Below, in pieces: positions 58,285-64,000 of a stretch of 64,000 nucleotides of DNA. The stretch is from assembly GCA_963676395.1 (NCBI GenBank), contig OY781066.1:1760001-1824000 (forward strand), read 5' to 3'. The notes beneath the pieces are model-generated. The model was not told the DNA's origin, searched no databases, and worked only from the letters and a program-made list of their open reading frames with translations. How positions within the stretch are numbered: position 1 is the first letter of the stretch; every line of letters begins with the position of its first letter. The DNA is from a bacterium (lineage in GTDB: Bacteria; Fidelibacterota; Fidelibacteria; Fidelibacterales; Fidelibacteraceae). Both the position numbers and the translations under genes were made by a program.

Positions 58285-59430
58285 ATGTTTAAAAGAGTAT
58301 TTGCATTGATGTTTATTTTTGTGGTTTCGATTTTTGCATCGCAAAATTATTCTTGGGAAATAGTATTAGAGATCCCGGACGAGACACCACAAGATGCCCA
58401 AATTTTTATAGCAGGTAATTTTAATGGATGGGATCCAGGTAATCCAGACTATCAATTAAATGAGATCGGTGAAGGATTATATGGTATAAAGTTGGAACCC
58501 GAAATTGATGATCTTGAATTTAAATTTACTCTTGGTAGCTGGAAATCGGTAGAGGTCAATGAACGTGGTAGAAATATCTCCAACAGAAGAGCCATGTTAA
58601 ATGATTTTGTTTTACTCTCAACTTGTCGTGTTAAAGGATGGAGTAAAGTGCAAACCGGCAAAAATATAGTTGGCAATATTTCGGTGATAAATAACTTTGA
58701 AATGCCACAATTGGAAAGAACCAGAAGTATATGGATTTATTTACCTCCTAGTTATGGAAAGGGTTTAAAACGTTTTCCGGTGATGTATATGCATGATGGA
58801 CAGAATTTATTTGCCGATTCAACCTCATTTTCCGGGGAATGGGGGATAGATGAAACCCTGGAAAGCTTGTATGCCGATAGGAGAATGAAAGAAATAATCG
58901 TGGTTGGGATTGAAAATTCCGAGTACCGATTGAGTGAATATTCACCTTTCGATTTTGAGTACAAAGGTGTGCATACGGGACAAGCAAAAAAATACGGCGA
59001 GTTTATTGTAAAAACCTTGAAACCTTACATTGATAAAAATTATCGAACAAAACGCGGCCGCAGACAGACAGCTATTTCCGGATCATCCATGGGTGGATTG
59101 GTGTCGGTTTATATTGCCTTGGAGCATCAGGATATTTTTTCGAAAGTCGGTGCTTTATCTTCCTCGTTTGACGTTTGTCGGGATGAATTTGTCACTTATA
59201 TCAAGAATACTCCAAAGCGTTACCCGATTCGTTTTTGGTTGGATCTTGGTTCGGTTGAGTCCGAGCAGATGCAGTATGATGTAAGCCAGCAGATGGTGAT
59301 TGATGCTTTGATTTCGTCGGGATGGAAACCTAAAAAAGAAGTCAAATATACCTTATATGAAGGAGCTAAGCATCATGAGCGCTTTTGGCGTGATAGGTTT
59401 GAGGAAGTGTTGGAGTATTTATGGCGGTAA
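58285..59430 (+). CDS. Secreted alpha/beta hydrolase (esterase) with N-terminal CBM20/48-like domain
   Basis: IAGNFNGWDPG, EFKFTLGSW, IYLPPSY, YMHDGQNLF, GSSMGG, AKHHE. Confidence 0.88.
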   Translation: MFKRVFALMFIFVVSIFASQNYSWEIVLEIPDETPQDAQIFIAGNFNGWDPGNPDYQLNEIGEGLYGIKLEPEIDDLEFKFTLGSWKSVEVNERGRNISNRRAMLNDFVLLSTCRVKGWSKVQTGKNIVGNISVINNFEMPQLERTRSIWIYLPPSYGKGLKRFPVMYMHDGQNLFADSTSFSGEWGIDETLESLYADRRMKEIIVVGIENSEYRLSEYSPFDFEYKGVHTGQAKKYGEFIVKTLKPYIDKNYRTKRGRRQTAISGSSMGGLVSVYIALEHQDIFSKVGALSSSFDVCRDEFVTYIKNTPKRYPIRFWLDLGSVESEQMQYDVSQQMVIDALISSGWKPKKEVKYTLYEGAKHHERFWRDRFEEVLEYLWR

Positions 59431-59463
59431 GGAAGGATTACCGACTTGAAACTTAGAGAAAAG

Positions 59464-59545
59464 CGACTCGGTTTAATTAGTATCCAACCGCCTCGGTTCA
59501 TCAGTTACTCAACCGAGTCGGTTGCTTAGCTCTAACACCGACTCG
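59464..59545. repeat. REP-like palindrome cluster
   Basis: CGACTCGGTT; TAGTATCCAACCGCCTCGGTTCA...AACCGAGTCGGTTG; CCGACTCG. Confidence 0.75.
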
Positions 59546-59632
59546 CTGCAAAAAAAAACAACCCCCGTCACACTTTTTAGCTAATTTCTTCAACATAATT
59601 GCCTTTTTCATTTTCCTTTCGTAATTTCCGGT

Positions 59633-61717
59633 ATGTTATACCGTGATCTAAATACACCGGTGATCGAGCTACCTCTTATCGGTGAGAAACGTCGAAAGGC
59701 TTTGACATCTGTTGGGGTTTCTACTTTGGAAGATCTGCTGTATTATGTTCCGCGAACCTATCTGGATCGTAGTAGTGTGAAGTTGATTGGTCAGCTTGTG
59801 GTCGGTGAGGAATGTACCGTCGTAGGGGAAGTCCGTAAAGTACAAGTCATTCCAACACGAAATAAACGAAAGATCCTTAAAATTGAGATCGCTGATTCCA
59901 GTGGCTTAATTACATTAAATTGGTTTCGCGGTATTGAATGGGTCTCTAAGGCTTTCGAGGTAGGTGATCTTGTTTCGGTGTTTGGGAAAGTGGAATTTTT
60001 TCGTGGTAACACCATGACCCATCCGGATTTCGATTTTATCGGTAAGCAAGATGCTTTTAATACCGGAGCCGTGATCCCGGTGTATCCATTGACTCAAGAT
60101 CTACGGAAAGCCGGATTGTCTTCGCGTGCCTTTAGGAAATTATTCTCTCGTTTACTGGAGCAATTGAGTCCCGAAATTCTCGATCCCATTCCTCGTTCCG
60201 TATTGGACGAGCATAAACTAATGCCATTTTTAAAGGCTATTCGAGAACTTCATTTTCCTGACGATATAGCATTCTTGCAAAAAGCAAAACACAGATTTAA
60301 ATATCAGGAAGCATTCATGTTTCAGTCGGTTGTAGAGTTGCGCAGGCGAAAATTTAAAGCGCATCCAAATGGAGCAAAGTGCGAAAAAGCGGGTCAATTA
60401 TTAACCCGAATGTATGAAAATTTACCCTTTGATCCCACGAATGCGCAAAAGCGGGTAGTCAAAGAAATATATGAAGATCTCAAAGCTGAACATCCTATGA
60501 ATCGACTTCTTCAGGGCGATGTGGGATGCGGTAAAACGTTGGTGGCAGCGATGTCGGCAGCGATCATGACCGCAAACGGATACCAGACCGCAATTATGGC
60601 ACCGACCGAAATTCTTGCCACGCAGCATTATGAAAGTTTTAAAAATGAGTTTGATAGAATAGGTGTAAAATGTTGTTTGTTAACCGGAAAAACACCTAAA
60701 AAACAGCGTGAATTATTATTACTCGAGATACAAGCCGGACGCATTCCTATCGTGATTGGTACACATGCTTTGATACAAAAAGATGTACACTTTAATGATC
60801 TGGGTTTGGTTATCATTGATGAACAACATCGTTTTGGGGTGGATCAGCGCGGTGCATTGATAAAAAAAGGTCCACCACCGCATACACTGGCAATGACAGC
60901 TACACCCATTCCAAGAACCTTAAGTATGACGCTTTACGGTGATATGGATGTTTCGGTGATTGATGAAATGCCTAAAGGTCGAAAGCCCGTCCGAACAAAG
61001 TTGGTCACTCCATCACGCTTACCAAGTATATATGAATTCTTTGATAAGGAAGTCGATGCAGGTCGGCAGATTTATGTTGTTTATCCGCTGATCGCAGAGT
61101 CCGAAAAAATGGATCTTCAAGCTGTGGAGAAAGGTTATAAAGAATTGAAAGAGTACTTTCCGCATATTTCTGTAGCAATGTTGCACGGAAAGACTAAGAA
61201 AGATGAGAAAAAATCAATTATGAATGCTTTTATCGCTAATGAGATTGGCATTCTGGTTTCGACCACTGTGATTGAGGTCGGAGTAAATAATCCCAATGCC
61301 TCCGTTATGCTCATTGAGAATGCCGAACGATTTGGTTTGAGTCAGTTGCACCAGTTGCGTGGTCGTGTAGGACGGGGAACTCAAGAATCCTGGTGTATAT
61401 TGGTCCAGCGAAACAATTCACCGGATTCAACGGCTCGATTGCGTATCATGGAAAAAACCTCAGATGGCTTTGTGATATCCGAAGAAGATATGAAGCAACG
61501 TGGTCAGGGTGATATTTTTGGAGCACGTCAGCACGGCATGCCCGAAATGAAATTTATCAACATGTTCACTGATCGTAAATATATGGAGCAAGCACGGATT
61601 TCTGCAGCTGCTATATTCAATGAAGATGAACAATTGTTGTTACCTGAAAATGCCGCATTTAGAAAATATTTCCAAAAGCATTATGCTCAGAAACTGGAGT
61701 ATTCGGGGATTGGGTAA
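59633..61717 (+). CDS. recG: ATP-dependent DNA helicase RecG
   Basis: MNRLLQGDVGCGKT, MAPTEILA, IDEQHRFGV, MTATPIPRTL, ERFGLSQLHQLRGRVGRG. Confidence 0.97.
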   Translation: MLYRDLNTPVIELPLIGEKRRKALTSVGVSTLEDLLYYVPRTYLDRSSVKLIGQLVVGEECTVVGEVRKVQVIPTRNKRKILKIEIADSSGLITLNWFRGIEWVSKAFEVGDLVSVFGKVEFFRGNTMTHPDFDFIGKQDAFNTGAVIPVYPLTQDLRKAGLSSRAFRKLFSRLLEQLSPEILDPIPRSVLDEHKLMPFLKAIRELHFPDDIAFLQKAKHRFKYQEAFMFQSVVELRRRKFKAHPNGAKCEKAGQLLTRMYENLPFDPTNAQKRVVKEIYEDLKAEHPMNRLLQGDVGCGKTLVAAMSAAIMTANGYQTAIMAPTEILATQHYESFKNEFDRIGVKCCLLTGKTPKKQRELLLLEIQAGRIPIVIGTHALIQKDVHFNDLGLVIIDEQHRFGVDQRGALIKKGPPPHTLAMTATPIPRTLSMTLYGDMDVSVIDEMPKGRKPVRTKLVTPSRLPSIYEFFDKEVDAGRQIYVVYPLIAESEKMDLQAVEKGYKELKEYFPHISVAMLHGKTKKDEKKSIMNAFIANEIGILVSTTVIEVGVNNPNASVMLIENAERFGLSQLHQLRGRVGRGTQESWCILVQRNNSPDSTARLRIMEKTSDGFVISEEDMKQRGQGDIFGARQHGMPEMKFINMFTDRKYMEQARISAAAIFNEDEQLLLPENAAFRKYFQKHYAQKLEYSGIG

Positions 61718-61721
61718 TATC

Positions 61722-61769
61722 TAGTATCCAACCGACTCGGTTCAAAATTTGGAAACCGAGTCGGTTGGA
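61722..61769. repeat. REP-like palindrome
   Basis: TAGTA-TCCAACCGACTCGGTT-N11-AACCGAGTCGGTTGGA (perfect 16-bp stem). Confidence 0.8.
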
Positions 61770-61899
61770 CGTATCTTTAAATAATCGGAACTATCTCCCT
61801 GAATTGGGCATTTATTCCCTCGTATTAACATAGGTTTTTATTGTTAACTACCATATAAAGAATTAAATTATTCTTTTGGAATATTTATTGGAGGAAATC

Positions 61900-62247
61900 A
61901 TGAACGATAAGATCTCAAGTGGACAATTATTTATGGGATTAGTGTACTCTTTAACACAATCAGCATTTATATCCTTGGGTAAATTACCCGATCCAATGAC
62001 AGGTCAGGTTGAGCGTCATTTAGACCAGGCATCACAAACCATTGATTTGCTTGCCGCTTTAGAAGAAAAGACCAAAGGTAATCTTGATGAGGAAGAAGAA
62101 AAATTCCTGACTCGCACGATCTCCGATCTTCGCTTGAATTATGTTGATGAGGTGAATAAACCTGATGACAAGAAAGAAGACGAAGACGCACCTGAAGAAA
62201 AATCTAATGAGGATACTGCCGAAAACGAAACGGCTGAAAAAGAATAA
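61900..62247 (+). CDS. DUF1844 domain protein
   Basis: GGAGG RBS; LGKLPDP..A..TIDLL..LEEKTKGNL..EE..L..LRLNYV. Confidence 0.88.
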   Translation: MNDKISSGQLFMGLVYSLTQSAFISLGKLPDPMTGQVERHLDQASQTIDLLAALEEKTKGNLDEEEEKFLTRTISDLRLNYVDEVNKPDDKKEDEDAPEEKSNEDTAENETAEKE

Positions 62248-62265
62248 TATTGAAAAAGGATCATC

Positions 62266-64000
62266 ATGTTAGTTGACAAACTTAAAAAAGCGAATAAAAT
62301 GAAACTTGGTTTTGGACTAAGTTCCCTGATCATTTCTTTTATCGTTTATCTATCTACCATGGCACCCACGGTGTCATTTTGGGACTGCGGTGAGTTTATT
62401 GCTTGTTCTGCAAATCTAGCCGTACCACATCCTCCCGGTGCCCCTCTATTCTTGTTGTTTGGGCGTATTTTTGCCATGATCCCTTTTTCAGCAGATATTG
62501 CCTTTAGAACAAACTTGATGTCAGTCATTGCCTCGGCTGCATCAATTATATTTCTATATTACAGTATCATTTTATTGATCGAACGTTTTCGCGGGGTAGC
62601 TGAGACAAATAAAGATCATTTTATTGTATACTTCTCTGCCTTTATTGGTGCAATGGCTTTTGCATTCTCCGATTCTCAGTGGTTTAACGCCGTTGAAACG
62701 GAAGTGTATGCCTTGAGTACTTTGCTGACCGCTCTCACGGTTTGGCTGGTATTGAAATGGGATGCCGAAGATATTAAAGGTCGTCATGGCGAAAAATATC
62801 TGCTTTTCCTTTTTTATACGCTCGGTATTGCCGTAGGTATTCACCTGCTGAATATTCTTGCGATTCCTTTTATCGTATTGATTATCTATTTCCGTTATTC
62901 AAAATTCGAGATTAAAAGTTTTATCGGTGTAACTGCATTGGCATTTGGTCTTTATTTGATCATTCACAAGGGTATTATTGATGGTACGCCAGAGATCGCT
63001 CGAATGATCAATATAAATCCGGCTGCAGTTTCTTTCCCCCTAGCACTGCTAGTGCTTGCGGGTATTTTTATTGCGCTGTTCTTTATGTTTGGAAAGGTTT
63101 TTAAATCTAGGCCCACAACCGCTAAGTGGAGTCGCCTTGTAACTTTGGGATTGATCCTGATCCTGGTTGGTTATTCCTCATATGAGATGATCTTTATCCG
63201 TTCACTCAAAAATCCCGGTATTGATGAAAATGATCCCGAGACAGTGAGTGCGGCGGTATCTTATTTGCATCGAGAACAATACGGTCAGCATTCTTGGTCA
63301 CGTGAAGATGCAATGGCACAAAACAAGACTAAAATGCAGTATAGTTCCGAAATGGATTTTTTCTGGCGCTATCAGTTCAAACGTATGTACATCCGTTATT
63401 TCAATTGGCAGTACATGGGGCGTGCCGAAGGAGGTGGCGTTGGTTGGGCCGGTGCCGAAGTGGATATTCGCCAGCTTTGGGCTTTACCATTCATCTTTGG
63501 GATGTTGGGGGCATTCTTCCACTTTTCAAGGGACCCTAAACGAGCGTTTCCCATACTTGTGCTCTTTGTGATGACCGGGTTGGCGATCGTTCTTTATGTG
63601 AACAATCCCGATCCGCAGCCAAGGGAGCGTGACTATTCCTATGTCGGCTCGTTCTTTACCTTTGCCTTCTGGATAGGCATGGGTGCATTGGCTGCTCTTG
63701 ATTCTCTTAATAAATTGGTCAAGAAAAAACAATTGAACAAAATTCTAATTGCAGCTGTATCACTTTTACTTGTGATCGCATTGCCTGCGAACTTGCTGTT
63801 CGCGAACTATGAATCTCACAGTCGTAAAGGCAATTATGTGGCATCTGATTATGCGCATAATCTCCTTAATTCTTGTGAGCCGAATTCAATTCTATTCACC
63901 AATGGTGATAATGATACTTTCCCCTTGTGGTATTTACAAGAAGTGGAAAAGTTTAGGACCGATGTTAAAGTTGTGAACTTGTCATTGTTGAATACAGCAT
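62266..64000 (+). CDS. DUF2723 / TMEM260-like GT-C glycosyltransferase (3' truncated; absent from the ORF track)
   Basis: Manual translation: MLVDKLKK..MAPTVSFWDCGEFIA..VPHPPGAPLF..WFNAVETEVY..QPRERDYSYVGSF..FTNGDNDTFPLWYLQEVE. Confidence 0.92.
   Translation, partial: MLVDKLKKANKMKLGFGLSSLIISFIVYLSTMAPTVSFWDCGEFIACSANLAVPHPPGAPLFLLFGRIFAMIPFSADIAFRTNLMSVIASAASIIFLYYSIILLIERFRGVAETNKDHFIVYFSAFIGAMAFAFSDSQWFNAVETEVYALSTLLTALTVWLVLKWDAEDIKGRHGEKYLLFLFYTLGIAVGIHLLNILAIPFIVLIIYFRYSKFEIKSFIGVTALAFGLYLIIHKGIIDGTPEIARMININPAAVSFPLALLVLAGIFIALFFMFGKVFKSRPTTAKWSRLVTLGLILILVGYSSYEMIFIRSLKNPGIDENDPETVSAAVSYLHREQYGQHSWSREDAMAQNKTKMQYSSEMDFFWRYQFKRMYIRYFNWQYMGRAEGGGVGWAGAEVDIRQLWALPFIFGMLGAFFHFSRDPKRAFPILVLFVMTGLAIVLYVNNPDPQPRERDYSYVGSFFTFAFWIGMGALAALDSLNKLVKKKQLNKILIAAVSLLLVIALPANLLFANYESHSRKGNYVASDYAHNLLNSCEPNSILFTNGDNDTFPLWYLQEVEKFRTDVKVVNLSLLNTA

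Noticed and set aside
59464..61769. Possible CRISPR array from the repeated palindromes
   Set aside because: No regularly spaced direct repeats with unique spacers and no cas genes; the pattern is REP-like.
62346..63732. Short ORFs listed near the window end
   Set aside because: Antisense or alternate-frame shadows of the DUF2723 gene.

Overview
Bacterial chromosomal window, AT-rich and mostly housekeeping and envelope genes. It probably comes from a non-Bacteroidota member of the FCB superphylum (Marinisomatota/Cloacimonadota-like). This is inferred from T9SS-style C-terminal domains and PorV-like barrels occurring alongside canonical TTGACA-N17-TATAAT-type promoters and AGGAG Shine-Dalgarno sites. 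Contents in order: an accessory locus at 1-6800 (GLUG protein with CTD; a 74-aa stand-alone PEP-CTERM-like peptide; alkaline-phosphatase-superfamily/TPR protein; sulfotransferase; second CTD cargo); tmRNA followed by a repeat-flanked degenerate GIY-YIG gene; pepF; MATE preceded by a His-rich RAPP ORF; dacB; an lptD-prmA-PorZ/PorV-like operon; a complete 1035-bp IS (26-bp IRs, 8-bp TSD); typA; two tRNA-Gly; dsbD; sdhDCAB-prpD; an ACP-like/beta-barrel fusion; PMM; polyprenyl synthase; ptsH/ptsI; rnc-rpmF-yceD without the usual fab genes; ndk; an ArcE/cDPGS-family protein; lon; dusB; REP-flanked recG; and a DUF2723 glycosyltransferase running off the end. The best candidate for an undescribed system is the 1989-6003 cassette. 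All calls come from motif recognition by eye; no searches were run.
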